From NCBI RefSeq assembly GCF_009914755.1, contig NC_060938.1: a stretch of DNA of 64,000 bases. The stretch is one strand, 5' to 3'. Below, piece by piece: positions 27,379 to 41,769 of the stretch. Under the pieces are notes generated by a model. It ran no database searches and was not told where the DNA came from. It saw only the letters and a program-made list of their open reading frames with translations. The position numbers and the translations under genes were made by a program. The stretch's first letter is position 1. Each line of letters opens with the position of its first letter. The stretch is from the human T2T-CHM13v2.0 reference genome, Homo sapiens.

Positions 27379-28108
27379 AGCAGGATCCAATCAAAGATTG
27401 CATTTGCTTGTTCTGTTTAGTGTGTTTTATTCTAGAAAAGCGTCTTCATATTTTTCTAATGCCATTGATTTTTTTTTTCACAGAATCCAAGCTCATTTGC
27501 TTTCTGATGTGTTTAATGGCCTGACGTAGCTAAAGATAAGTTGAGTCAAAGGGGGAAAATTATTTCCTGGTCATAGTAGATCATTAAAATAAGTTAACAT
27601 TTTCTATAAACTTGGCATCTGTGCCAGTATCCATAGAATGGAAGACAGTTGTAGCTCCACTCACTCTCCTCCTTAGTCTTTGCTTTATTCAAAGAAGTTA
27701 TCTTTGTTTTTTATCCAAAAGGTCTTGTTTCAGGAATGGATGAGTGTTTTCACACATATACACCAAGTTGACAGGCACATATGGTATTTTACTGAATTTA
27801 AAAATAAGAACTCAGCAAGGTCACACACCATAATGAATGAGCTCTGATTTTCATGTCGTTCTAGGAAGGTTTTAATTTGAACCAAATTTAAAGACGTGTA
27901 GAAAGCATGTGTGCTTTCAATAACCTATTGATTTATGAGCAAGTCTTATTCTCAGGGTCTTTCAACTTGGCAGAGTTGAAAATTCTTTAGAGGGACCTAC
28001 TGTCTGGGCATATGGACAGATGCTTCTCCCAGAGAGCCTATGAAAGGCTTGGAATAGCCTGGAGAGTAGAAAAAATTGTGTTCAGTAGGAAGTGAGACAC
28101 AGTCTCAC

Positions 28109-28142
28109 ATTGCTTCTCAGCCTTTTAGCGAAGATCAAGTGT
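28109..28142 (+). pseudogene. 3'-truncated U2 snRNA retropseudogene (U2 nt 1-34)
   Basis: attgcttctcagccttttagcgaagatcaagtgt vs U2 ATCGCTTCTCGGCCTTTTGGCTAAGATCAAGTGT (30/34); flanked by direct repeat gtgagaca(c/g)agtctc. Confidence 0.9.
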
Positions 28143-29591
28143 GAGACAGAGTCTCCACCTCCTATGGGAATGTGTGAAATAAATTCATTTCATTTTTGCT
28201 GCTCTTAAAGCTAATATTTGTTTGCTTGAATATCATTGGAACAAATGTAATATAAGAACTTTCCTCTTCTACAATTAAGTCAGCTAAATGTTTGCTGAAT
28301 CATGAAACCAGATTTCAAAGAGGTCATTTCAAGATTACTGGTTCAGTCTTCTACTTCTAAATAAGAGTCCAATATATATGACTATTCAAGGTTTCTAAAT
28401 ATATTTAGTGAAAGATTCCAAACCCTTTGTTGATGGGCTTTTCCAAAATTTAAGAAACTTCGGTGGAGTAAAAATATTCTCTTATTTCCAGTCTAAATCT
28501 CTTTCTTCTTTAAATTTTTCAGTACTTAAGTGAAGATGAGGAGAAACCAGTCTTTTTCTGTAACTGTTATGTATTGGAGATTAAATTGTTCAATGTCCTC
28601 TTCTTCATATCAAATAACCCTTTTTTACCCCTTTACTGACATGTATAGGCTAATATGGCCAACTCATACTTTTCTTAAAAGCATTCTTTTTCACTACAAG
28701 TTTCAGAAAAAAAAATCAAAGTCTTTCTAAGCCTTACCGAGTTTCTGCATCTATAAAATAGGGGTTCATAATAAGAACAAGTATTTGGCCAGCTTATGCA
28801 CATTTTAGCCCACCGTTCTTTTCAGTAGGGAGCACTGCAAAACCAACCAAGTGAATCATGCCAAGCTTTATTCAGTTTCCTCACCTGTAAAATGGAGCAC
28901 TAAATATCTGGCTAGTTCTGCCTACAGGGTTGCTGTAAGGAGGCAATAGATGTGGAAGTGCTTTGTAAACTGTGTAGGAATTCACATATTAAAGGAATCA
29001 TCTTTAGGATTACTTGTTCCATAAGATTCTTCTTACTATCCACCGGGCACATAGCAACCACTTTTTAAGATTATCCCATTTATTTCTCATAACAATCCTA
29101 GAAGATGGGCAATATTATTGTGATTTAATTTAAAATAATACCTGACATGTATTGGGCATATAAATATTTGTTGAGGAGAACACTGGAGCTTAGAGAGGTT
29201 ACTGCTTATCCAAATAAGCAAGGCTAGTTAGAGATGGAAGTAGAAATCAAACCCGAGCTATCTGACTGAAGTTGGGGACCCACTAATCTCTAAGTCAAAT
29301 TACCATTCCCAATGCCAAGATGATTACACAAAGTTTTGATCTCTGGCAATTGCAGCTGAAACACTCTTGACCCTTTTTCCTTTTCATTGTTACCTCCCCA
29401 ACTCTGGGGTACTATTCCCTTGTATTATTCTCTCTATCAAAGTGTGTTGTCTGTGTTCTTTGAGAGAACTGATGCTCAAAGACAATGTTATTCCTATCCC
29501 AGAGGTATTTGCATTTTTAACACCAGGTGAACATTTAAGCCAAAGTATAGAAAAATAAATCTTAGACCATCAGACATTATGAAACAAATAA

Positions 29592-30173
<582 letters not shown>

Positions 30174-31461
30174 CCAGTACTATATTTTTAATAGTCATCT
30201 AATGTTACTGATACACATTGAAATGCTGATCCTCTTGGACCTGCAAAGAATTTCATCAGGAATCAAAGTTCAGTTGACAACTGTAATTTCTAAGAATCTT
30301 ATGGTATCTTTTATGAAAAACTATTCTTTTTCATTTTTTTCCAAATTTGCGTCCTTGTTTTTCAAGAAGAATTTCAAAAGAGTGATGTCTTCATGTTCCA
30401 AAGCGTTGTAAGTGACTATAATCTTCAGGTAGAAAGAATGCAACATTTTTAGAAAACCTTTATCAATTATTGCCTCACTATATAATGCACCGTAGTAAAA
30501 TCTCAACTAATCAGAACTCACTCAATTAAAACTACCTCCAGCAATGTTGTAGAAGAGAAAGTCAAACACTGCCAGCCTAGATGGCCACTGCTAGCCTAGA
30601 TGGCAGATAGAGAAAGGCACTCCCCTCTGGTGGGAAACAACGCACTATGGCACTGTCTTAACTTGAGACAATATCTTTGTTCTTTGTTCACCTCAGAAGA
30701 CATCCCTTGGGGACAAGGGGTGGGGTATGAGACAGGAAGGATGTGCCAATACCAGGAAGCACAGCAGTATGTCCAGAATTTGAACTGGCTCTCAGTCCCA
30801 CTCACCACCTCAGCCTAGTGCCTGTATACAATGTGCAAACTGAACAATTGTACGCTCTGGCCCTCTATATAAGATACACAGATGGATACAATAAGCAAGA
30901 ATATATGATGAATTCCAATCATTCAAGGTCAATTTTTGGAAAGAGAATATTTAAGTACTTTATGTCATACATGAATTCAAATTAAGTTTAGATTAGTTTT
31001 GAGGGAGAAAATATATCATTGTGTTTGTCGTTTCTGGATATTTTCAGCTTCTCTTGTTTTCCTAAGTGCTATTTTTCTCCATTGGAAAGAAATCAAAACA
31101 TTATGGCTATGCAATATCATAACCATGTTCTTCCTTTAAATCATAACAGTAAGCTTGAACTTGATATTACAGGGATGCCCCCATTGCTATTGAGCCATGA
31201 ATGAGGAAAATAATAAATTTAATTCTAAAATATTGGGAGTGGGGAATCTACACTCTGCCTCTGACCAGCTGGGTAACTTGTTATTTTATTAAAGAAGCTG
31301 CTGAGACCAAGTAAAGCTCATACTTTAGTGATGGTTTGCTTTGCTTTACTCTACTCCTAGGAGATAGAATAATCTATTATTTTCTGTCTTTGGTGCCAGG
31401 ACTTTTATTTGTAACATGTGCACATTGGACTTGGTATATTTTTTTCTGGCATATAGAATTT

Positions 31462-31635
31462 GTTTCTTAGAGACAGGGCCTCACTATGATGTCCAGGCTG
31501 GAGTGCAGTGGCTATTCACAGGCACAATCATAGCACACTACTCCTCCATAGCCTCAAACTCCTGAACTCAAGTGATCCTCTAGCCTCAGCTTCCTGAGTA
31601 GCTGAGACTATGAATATGTGCCACCATGCCCAGCC
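31462..31635 (-). mobile_element. FAM (fossil Alu monomer)
   Basis: Monomer retaining the 7SL-derived gtgcagtggctattcacagg segment; TSD ctgg(c/t)atata(g/a)a(a/c)ttt. Confidence 0.85.
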
Positions 31636-32042
31636 CTGGTATATAAACTTTATAAGCTGACATCAAAGACTCATCCATTCAATTTTAGATTCAAGAAAGA
31701 ATAAATAACCTGGAGTTAGTGCATGTATCCATTCTTTTGTCCTTTATCCATAGAAAGCTAGAGAACCTTACAATGTTTTCCATATTCGCAGTGACCCTAA
31801 GTCCATCAAACAGAAATTCAGTTGCTTTAGAAATTCTGAGCTTCCAGTGAGAAAACTGAGTCATAAATATAATCATTAGTAGGGACCATGGAGATCATGT
31901 AGTGGGAGCTTTGCAAAATTTCTTAGTGGCAAGAAGCAGATTCCTAGGTCCAAGTGCTTCCTCTGAGATCCTGTTTCAGTGGGTCTAAGGTGGGGTCTGG
32001 AGATTCATTTATGCAACAAGAGCCCCAGAGCCCCAGGTGACT

Positions 32043-32197
32043 TATTTTTTGAGACACAGTCTCACTCTCTCACTCAGACTGTAGTACGGTGTTGGGTTCA
32101 TAGCCCACTGCAAACTCAAACTCCTAGGCTCAAGCAATCCTCCCATGTCAGCCTCCAAAAGTGTTGGGATTACAGGCATGAACCACCAAACCTGGCC
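32043..32197 (-). mobile_element. Alu monomer (J/FRAM-like hybrid) inserted in a MER5A-like element (~31880-32235)
   Basis: Monomer-length Alu with TSD ccaggtga; flanks show gtgggtctaaggtggggtctggaga. Confidence 0.75.
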
Positions 32198-32803
32198 ACC
32201 AGGTGATTCTTCCATGCAAAGTCTGGTTACTTCTAATGTACTAGAGCCCTTTGTTTTACAGATAACAGTGAGGCCCTGAGAAGTAAGGTGACTTCCCTGA
32301 GGCCAAACAGCTGGTCTGTGATAGAATTGGGACTGGAACAGAAATATTCTGACTGGCTTCAAGTCTTCATAAAATGGACTAATGTATTTAAGAAACATTT
32401 GCAAGCATGATGGGAGTTAGGAGTTGTGAAAAAAGCAAAGTTACACAATCAGAAATTTCAGTTATCCGAAACTCCTCATTTCAGATGCATTTGGGTTAAT
32501 CAAGCATTTATAACGCCTCTGTCCCTTATTTGTTGGACTATTGAAGTCTTTTCTCCACGTTTTCTCTGATTTGCCCCAAAATCCCAAAAGCCATGTGATT
32601 TACTGGGTTCCCCTTAGTAACTTTGGGCCTATTAACACCTCCATCCTTCTCATACCTCTTGGCCAATGCTCTTCCCCCTCCTTAAAATTCATATAAAGCC
32701 AGACATATCTCTCTTGACTCATGTTACACAGCTCCTTTCTATACCGTTTCCTTCGTCATCCATTCATTTAGGTGCTCTATTTCTCAAGCCCTTCGTGTTT
32801 AAC

Positions 32804-33088
32804 TTTTTTTTTTTTTAAAGACTAAGTCTCGCTCTTTCGCCCAGGCTGGAGTGTAGTGATGCTCTCGCCACTCACTGCAACCTCTGCCTCCAGGGCTCAG
32901 GCAATTCTCGCCTCAGCCTCCCAAGTAGCTGGGATTACAGGCAAGTGCCTGGCTAATTTTTGTGTTTTTAGTAGAGATGGGCTTCACCATGTTGCCCAGC
33001 CTGCTCTTGAACCCCTGGGCTCAAGTGATCCACCCACCTCGGCCTCCCAAAATGCTGGGATTACAGGCATGAGCCACCGTGCCCAGCC
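32804..33088 (-). mobile_element. Alu (J/S)
   Basis: Reverse-complement Alu; TSD cctt(c/t)gtgtttaac. Confidence 0.93.
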
Positions 33089-33997
33089 CCTTTGTGTTTA
33101 ACTGTGGTGCATGCTTGTTTATATGAATGTTAAGTTTTTCACATATGAGATAGCTGTCCTAGAGTGGGAAGACCACTCTAATAGAAATTGAAACTACTAA
33201 TTTCTAGTCTCAGCTCTGCCACTGGTAAGCGGTCTGAACTTGAGTAAGCCACTTTGCCCGTCTGAGCTTTTGTTGTTCAAGGAAAGGGTTAAACGCTGAT
33301 TTTCTGAGTCTGTCTGACTGTCTGACTCTGTGTCTGTCCCATTTCTTTAAGGAAGAAACTATCTTTCCTGATTTATCTTCTTTTCACTGAGCCTATTTCG
33401 TAAAGTTACTTAGTGTGCTCTCTCGATAAATGCTGACACTTCCTTCTTGGTCTAGTTTGGCTTCCCTTCTCCACCTGCTCCCCTCACAGATGGTGCACGA
33501 GCCACATATCTGGTCACCATTGAACTTTGATTTTGGTAAAGACTAGATTTTTAAAGCAATATTCACCGTGTGTCTTTCCAGTGTCACCCTTCCCTCCCAT
33601 GAAATGGCACACCGTGTTCCTTGGCCCTCCACATTTGCCATTAAAACAAAACATTGTTTTCACATGTCCCTTCTATTTAACAGGTTATTTTTTTATTTTT
33701 GGTACTCCTGCACTTGCATTTATTGAATCATAATATTTAATTTTATTTCTGATGTCCTGGACCTCTTTCTTTAGAATTTCTATTTACAGTGAGCTTTCTG
33801 TTTAGCTGTGATTTAGGTCACATTGGTTTATGTTTTTGAGTTTTTTAAGAAAATATTTGGTCTCACAATCACAACCATTATTACATTTTTTGTTTTGATT
33901 AAGTTTTTTTAGAAAAATAGCTCTTAAAAATATGACACTATATCACACATAAAATTGCTCTATTCAGTCAGTTGATCCATATTCAAGTGGACTGACA

Positions 33998-34152
33998 TCC
34001 TTCCTTCCTCCGTCCCTCCCTCTCTCTCTCTCTTTTTCTTTCCTTCCTTCCTTCCTTCCTTCTTTCCTTCCTTCTTTCTTTCTTTTTGATATGGAGTCTC
34101 GCTCTGTCACCCAGGCTGGAGTGCAGTGGTGCAATCTCATCTCACTGCAACC
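33998..34152 (-). mobile_element. Heavily 5'-truncated Alu whose tail has become a (TTCC)n/(TC)n microsatellite
   Basis: ~65 bp of Alu 3' end; 15-bp TSD ttcaagtgga(c/t)t(g/a)ac at 33982-33996 and 34153-34167. Confidence 0.88.
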
Positions 34153-35280
34153 TTCAAGTGGATTAACTTTAGATACACATGAATGATAATAGAGTATAAG
34201 AAATATGAAGTGATAGAATGTGTCTGTTCAATGAGCAAACACTCTGAGTTCAAAATAATACACAAAATTGTAAACCAAGAAAATGTGGGATTTCAGGACC
34301 TTGGACAGTTAGAAGTACTCTGGCTGTATTCCCTGGTATTGCCTCACAAGCAAGTTTGTGATACATTTTTACATCTGCAGTACTATATCCGACATGGTGC
34401 CCTGAAATATCCTGCTGTTATTTTTTTTTTTCAGATGAAGCAAAATAAAATTGCCTGTTCAAAAATAATGTGGAAAATGAAGGTTTTCCTACACATTTAT
34501 CTGACCTTCTTTCTAAAATAAATGTAACGGGAAAATGTATTGCTGACTATGCTAATATATCAAGTTACGTGAACTCCATGCTGAAACTTAAAGATGATCA
34601 AAACCCCAGACAATGGCAAGTGCAAATTGCTGGGCGCCATTCTGAAACTTAGATTTTAAATCTATAATTTCTTGTTTTACCACGTGTATTTTCAGAAAAT
34701 GCAAACAATAACTTTGAAAACTGATCATGGAGGGTTTTCTGTGATTTATATTTTACGAGAAGAAAATCGAGGCTTCCCTAATAAGGTCTATAAAGCCCAG
34801 GCTGTATGCTCAGATCCAGGAGAGCAAACAGCTTCGAGGCATTGATGCAACTGTGCTCTCAGGCATGGTGGCGGGGCTACTGCAATTTGGCACTAAGTGG
34901 CTTTCACAAATGCTTTTTTAGCTAGTTCGCTATTTCTTTTTAAAATATAACCAAATACTTCATTACACAGTTATAAAGAACTATAGGTGAGAAATACCAG
35001 GAAAAAAAGTTCAATGTCATAACCATCCAAGAAATGCAAATTGAACAATAGGATGCTGTTTTTCATCTCTCAGATTGGCTGAGATTTAAAAAGATGTCCA
35101 GGGATGTGGGGAAATGGGCACTTTCATGCTCTGCTGGCGGGAATGCAGATTGGCACAAGTCCTGGGGCGGGTGATTAGGAAATATGGATCAAAAGCCTTA
35201 AGAAAATGATGAAATGGTATATGTAATAACATGAAAAAACAGTCTCAGTTCATTGCTAAGTGGAAAAAAACAAGTTATAA

Positions 35281-35571
35281 TCTGGCGCAGTGGCTCATGC
35301 CTGTAATCCCAGCATTTTTGGAGGCCAAGGCAGGTGGATCACTTGATGTCAGGAGTTTGAAGCCAGCCTGGCCAACATGGTGAAAACTGGTCTGTACCAA
35401 AAATATGAAAATTAGCCATTAGCCAGACATGGTGGCTAATCCTAGCTACTCAGGAGGCTAAAGCATGAGAATCACATGAACCTTGGAGGCAAAGGTTACA
35501 GTGAGCCAAGATCATGCCACTGCACTCCAGGCTCGGTGACAGAGCGAGACTCCATCTCAAAAAAAACAAAC
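35281..35571 (+). mobile_element. Alu (AluS) within old L1M fragments (~35010-35760)
   Basis: Alu dimer; TSD aaacaagtta. Confidence 0.92.
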
Positions 35572-36410
35572 AAGTTACCAAGTTATACAATCATACGTTT
35601 GTAATATTTAAGCACACATTCTGAACAGATATATATGAAAATATCATTATCTCAGAGAGTGGAAGAGGGATGAGTATTTATATTTTATTTACATGTTTTC
35701 TAATGTATCTGTATCCAACATAAATTACTGTTTCGATCATGAATTATTATTTCATTTAAAAAATGACAATTTGCTTAATTATCAATAGAATTCTCATAGT
35801 AAATACTGTCTGGTGTCTCCTTTTCCCAGGTCTACGTTTACTGGAGTTGGCTTTGGTGTGTTTAAGACACTGAGGAGAAGCCAGTGGGGCTGGGCAGTTG
35901 TGGGTAAGAAAGGGAATAGCCCTAGATAAGTGTAGACAAAGTTGGAGGATAAATTATTTATTCTCACCTTTGAAGCCATGGTAGTGTTTGGATTTTATTC
36001 TAGAAGCAATGGACTACCATTTCAGGTACAGAGCAAGGAAGAGATGGTGATTAGATTATAAATTTTCGTTTTGTTTTTAATTAATTATTCTGCTTGGCTC
36101 TGTGCAGAGAATGGAAGGGAGAGAGGTGAGATTAGAAGCCAGGAAGATCAGTAGGACCATCATAGAATATAGTAGATGAGATTAAAGCACTGAGAGTATA
36201 GATGGAAAGAAGTTAGAAAGATTTCATTTACCTTTTTTTTAGTGAAAATGACAGGACTTGCTTGTGCGACAAGGTAGGAAAAAAATCAAGGATATCTCAC
36301 ACATTTGTACCAGAAATAACTCTGACAGTTACTCCTTATTGTGAAATTGAGAAAGATAAACTGTGCTTTTTAGTTATTAGTTTTCAAATCTTTCTACTGA
36401 AATACACCAT

Positions 36411-36833
36411 TATGGTGGGTTGGATGGTGGCCTCCCAAAAAATATGTCCGCATGTTGGGAAAAGTTTTGCAGGTGTGATTGAGTTAAGAATTCTGAGATG
36501 AGGAGATCATCCTAGACTATATGATGGGCCCTAAATCCAAGGACAAATATCCTTATAAGAGAGGCAAGAGGAGACTACATAGACAGAAGAGGAGGCAGCA
36601 ATGTGACCATAGAGGCGGAGACTGGAGTGATATGGCCACAAATCAAGCAATGCCAATGGCCACCAGAAGCTGGAAGAGGCCCAAAATGGATCCTCCCCTA
36701 GAGCCACAGGAGAGAGCACACCTCTGCTGGATTTCAGACCTCTGTCATCCAGAACTCTGAGAGAGTCCATTTCTGTCATTTTAAGCCACCAATTTGTGGT
36801 AATTTGTTAAGGCAGCTACAGGAAACTAATACA
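36411..36833 (+). mobile_element. ERVL-MaLR solo LTR (MLT1C-like)
   Basis: gccaccagaagctggaagaggc; ends ggaaactaataca. Confidence 0.85.
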
Positions 36834-36838
36834 GTTAT

Positions 36839-37213
36839 TGATATGGTTCGGCTCTGTGTCCCCACCCAAATCTCACGTCAAATTTTAATTCCCAATGTTG
36901 GAGTAGGGGCCTAGTGGGAGGTGACTGGATCATGGAGGCAGATTTCTCCCTTGCTGTTCTCATGAAAGTGAGTGAGTTCTCATGAGATCTGGTTGTTTAA
37001 AAGTGTATAGCACTATCCTCTTCTCTCTCTTCCTCCTTCTCTGGCCATGTAGGATGTACCTGCTTCCCCTCGCCTTCTGCCATGATGGTAAGTTTCCCTA
37101 GGCCTTTCCAGCCATGCTTCCAGTACAGCCTGCAGAACTGTGTGTCAATTAAATCTCTTTTCTTTATAAACTACCCATTCTCAGGTAGTTCTGTGTAGCA
37201 ACAGACTAATACA
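36839..37213 (+). mobile_element. ERVL-MaLR solo LTR (MSTA-like)
   Basis: tgatatggttcggctctgtgtccccacccaaatctc...gactaataca; 5-bp TSD gt(t/c)at. Confidence 0.88.
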
Positions 37214-37414
37214 GTCATTGATACAAAAACCTGCACAAATCTTAAGTATGGAATTTAATAAATTATCACAAAGTGTTTATTACTTTTTCCCATTAAAAAA
37301 ATTAATTAGGCAGATTTTCAAACATACACAAAAACAGAGAGAGTAATATAATGAATAAGGTAATATTCACTATAAGTAACATAATGAATCCTCATGTGCC
37401 CAAAACCCATTTTC

Positions 37415-37499
37415 TTTTTTTTATTATTATTATACTTTAAGTTCTGGGATACATGTGCAGAACATGAAGGTTTGTTGCATAGGAATACATGTGCCATGG
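37415..37499 (-). mobile_element. Short L1PA 3' end with TSD
   Basis: ttatactttaagttctgggatacatgtgcagaac; TSD ccaaaa(c/t)ccattttc. Confidence 0.88.
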
Positions 37500-37660
37500 C
37501 GCCAAAATCCATTTTCAACAATTGTCAACACATGAGCAATCTAGTTTCATGTACACTCCCACTCACCACCCTGCCACTGGATTATTTTGAAGCAAATCCC
37601 AGACATCATATTGTTCCATCTATAAATACTTCAAATACATCTCTAAAAACAATGTTTTCT

Positions 37661-38047
<387 letters not shown>

Positions 38048-39419
38048 TCAAATTTCCCCCAATTGTCTGATATTTGGTTTCTTTATTGAGTTAGTTTGTT
38101 TGCAACAGGATTCAAACCAGGTCTATACACTGCATCTGGTAACATATCTCTTGTTCTATGAATTTCTTCTTTTCTTCTTCCCTCTAAATTATTTGTTGAA
38201 GAAACCAGGTCAGGTTGTTTGCGTTGTAAAATTTCCCAGATTTTAATTTATCTCTGAGTATCTTTAGTATATTCCTATCTTCCCTGCATTTCCTGTAAAT
38301 GAGAAATTAGATCTACAGCGTATTCAGGTTCAATATATTTGGAAAGAATGCTTCATAGGTGGGGTTTTGTACTTTACATCTTATCACCATAATGCCTGGG
38401 TGTCTTTTCATGTGACACTAAGATTGGCTAATGGTTTCATTTGTTGTCAGCCTGATCTACCCACTACAAAGTTCCACATTTGCTTTTCCCCTAATTGTTT
38501 TACAACTATTTGTGATCATTGCCTTGAGCCATTTTTGGGGGTTGCAAAATGATAACATTTTATTTCTACTTTTTCTGCCTTTATTAGCTGGAATTATTGT
38601 ATAATGAACTCTCCTTTATACACTATTCAATTACCTTGAGGTATAGCCCATCCACAAAAAATAATGATAAATGTTCAGTTCTTTCCCTTTATGTACCAGT
38701 TGTCAGAATAAGTAGTTGGTTCCCTAACATCCTCCAAAGGTGATTAACAGGATTTGTTTTGTTTTACATCATTAGGAAATAATGAATTTTACTTTGATTA
38801 TTATTTCATTTCTTATTTTTTGAGTTCTGCCCAGAAGACACAGTGTACTATTTCCTTGGCTGTGTCTCCTAGGAGTCTATGTCAGCCAGTGTCTAGCAAC
38901 CTATTCACTTTTAGAACTATACATGGATCATTGGCCCCAGCCCCTGTTAAAAGAGAGGAGGAGACGGAGGGTCAGAGTGGCCTGATAATTTGACGAAATC
39001 ACTCCTGTCGTTAGTAGCAGGATCCAGGTAAGAGCCCAGATCCATGCTTTTCAACTGCAACCTAACTAAGATGCTAAGCTATTTAGATTGCTAAATATTT
39101 TGCTTCCAGATGCAGAGTAGCCACAATAATTGCAGTAATAAATATATTCATCTGGTAGTTAAAAAAGTAATATTTGAACATCTTGTGGTGTATGTACTAC
39201 TTCTTATTGTGGTTTGGCCAAAAGAACTGTAAATAACAATTCGTGCACCAATAAAGTAATCTGAGTCAATTGTTAAATCAAAGGATTTGAGTTCGGTTAG
39301 GGAAAAAACACTTTGGCACTGAAAAGAATCTGTTTTGCTTACATTTTAAAGCAGAACATGAAATAGCCAGACTAAAAGAAAGGTTTTCATGGCTAGTTCT
39401 ACTCAGCTTCTATTTCTAT

Positions 39420-39665
39420 TTTAATTGTATTTAAAATTAAATATTCATTTGAAAGTAATATTTAAATTTTAATTTTAAAATAAATTTAAATTATTTTGAT
39501 TAAATTTAATTAAGTTTAAAATTTTTATTTTTAAATTTAAATTATTTTAATGTAATTACATTTAAATGGTTTTAATTTTATTAAATTTAAATATTTTAAA
39601 TTTTAAAATAAGTAGTAATTTAAATTTTAATAATAATTTTTCAATATTACATACAATGTAATATA
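39420..39665. repeat. Extremely AT-rich low-complexity tract
   Basis: Almost only A/T, recurring TTTAAA/ATTTAAAT. Confidence 0.9.
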
Positions 39666-40121
39666 CACATCTGAATTCCCATATTCATGGCTCTTTATTA
39701 CAGGGATTCAGATAGGATGTAGTTCAAACTATATGCCCCTCCTTCCTGAAATACAGTCAATGATGGTGAAGTGTAATGTAATACTCCTGGGGTTGTAAGA
39801 GAATCATTAGCTCTTTTTCCTAGAGCAAGATTTACAAAGTACTTTCAACATCAATTATTAGGCATCTGTTACAGTATTTAAGAACTAAGCCTGGAGTCTT
39901 TTCACATGCAAAACTGTATTTGAAGTCAACATATGTCCTCTAATTAACATGTTATATTTTACTATATATGATATGCATGCCAGTGGAGTTGAAGGAACTA
40001 GAAAATTTTTATCTGGAGATGATCAATAATAACAGTTTTTTCAATTTTATTCACTACTAAATGGATAAGGGAGTGGATGTCTTCTTCATAACTCCATGCA
40101 AAAACCAATGTGTGTGAAATA

Positions 40122-40563
40122 CAGTAAAATGTTGAACAACATGGGTTTAAACTGCAAGAATCCACTTATACACAGATTTTCTTCCACCTCTGCCATTCCT
40201 GAGATAGCAAGACCAACACTTCCTCTTCCTCCTCCTCCTCAGCCTATTCAACATGAAGACGACAGGGATGAAAACATTTATGATGATCCATGTCCCCTTA
40301 ATAAATTGTAAATATATTGTCTCTACCTTATGATTTTCTTAACAACTTTTTCTTTTCTCTAGCTTAGTTTATTGTAAGACTGTAGTATAAAATAAATATA
40401 CAAATATGTATTAATCAACTGTTCATGTTATTGGTAAGGCTTTCAGTCAACAGTAGGCTATTAGTAGTTAAGTTTTGGGGGAGTCAAAAGTTAAACACAG
40501 ATTACTGACTGCGCAGGGAGTCGGTACCCCTAACCCCTGCAGTGTTCAATGCAAGGTCAACTG
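40122..40563 (+). mobile_element. Tigger2a (MER28)-like DNA transposon
   Basis: TA-flanked; ttgaacaacatgggttt...cctcctcctcagcctattcaac...aaggtcaactg. Confidence 0.85.
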
Positions 40564-40569
40564 TACACT

Positions 40570-40570
<1 letters not shown>

Positions 40571-40616
<46 letters not shown>

Positions 40617-40903
40617 TTAATTGAGACGGAGTCTCACTTTGTTTCCCAGGCTAGAGTGCAGTGGCGCATCTTAGCTCACTGCAACCTCTGCCTCCCTGGT
40701 TCAAGCAATTCTCCTGCCTCAGCCTCCTAAGTATCTGGGATTACAGGTGCGTGCCACCACACCCAGTTAATTTTTGTATTTTTAGTAGAGATGAGGTCTC
40801 ACCATGTTGGCCAGGCTGGTCTCAAACTCCTGACCTCAAGTGATCTGCCCACTTCAGCTTCCCAAAGTGCTGGGATTACGGGTGTGAGCCACAGTGCCCA
40901 GCC
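40571..40903 (-). mobile_element. Alu (AluS) preceded by (AC)17/(AT)n microsatellite
   Basis: Reverse-complement Alu 40619-40903; cactgaca on both flanks. Confidence 0.93.
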
Positions 40904-41769
40904 CACTGACATATATTTTGAGTCAGCAATGACACAGGAAAGAGAGCTGGGATCACTTCTTCCTCATTATTTTCCCCATGCATCCAGGTAGAAACGAGGA
41001 ATATACATGCACCTTTGCATTTCCAAATCTATTTATTTTTATTTATATTTTTTACTTTTTTCTTCTATAACCAATCATCTAACCTATTTTTGTTTCTAGA
41101 AACTCCAATTCTTTAAAAACAATATTGGTATAAAATCTCTTCCCTTCCCCTCTCCACCCATGCATTCTTCAGTCCTTTAGCAGTCATGCTTTTCTCATGG
41201 CCTATGTGTACCTCTCTCTTTCTTCTCTTTGTTTTATTCCCTTGTATGGTTCAAAATTCCTGGAAGAAGATAAGCAGGAGCCATCTGTGTCCCACAATTA
41301 GGAGGGGGACTCCTGTGATAAAGCATTGGTTCCCAAATCTTGGAGTTTGTTTAAAAATACAGACTATACTCATCATCCCACATTTGGTTTTCCAGATCTC
41401 CAAGGTTAGGGCCCTAAAATGTGTAATTATGGCAAGCTCCCTAAGCAATTCTGATGGAGAGAGTCCAAAAACAGATACTTGGGAACCACTCTTACGAAGC
41501 ACAGTGATTATTCTTGACCATAGACAAGAGCACACATTTCTCTTTTCCCACCTATCTCCATTAAACAAAACCTAACCAAACACTTTTACCGTAATAAACT
41601 TTAATTACCTCCACAAACTCTTAAGAAACTTTAAATCCTGGTGTCTAAATTATAAAACTATTATTGGAAAGAATATTTACCTTTCAGGGAGAAGTCTCTG
41701 CTTCAAGCCATATCATTATCATACTTTGTATATCACATATAATGCTACTAACAACATCTGGGACAGGTA

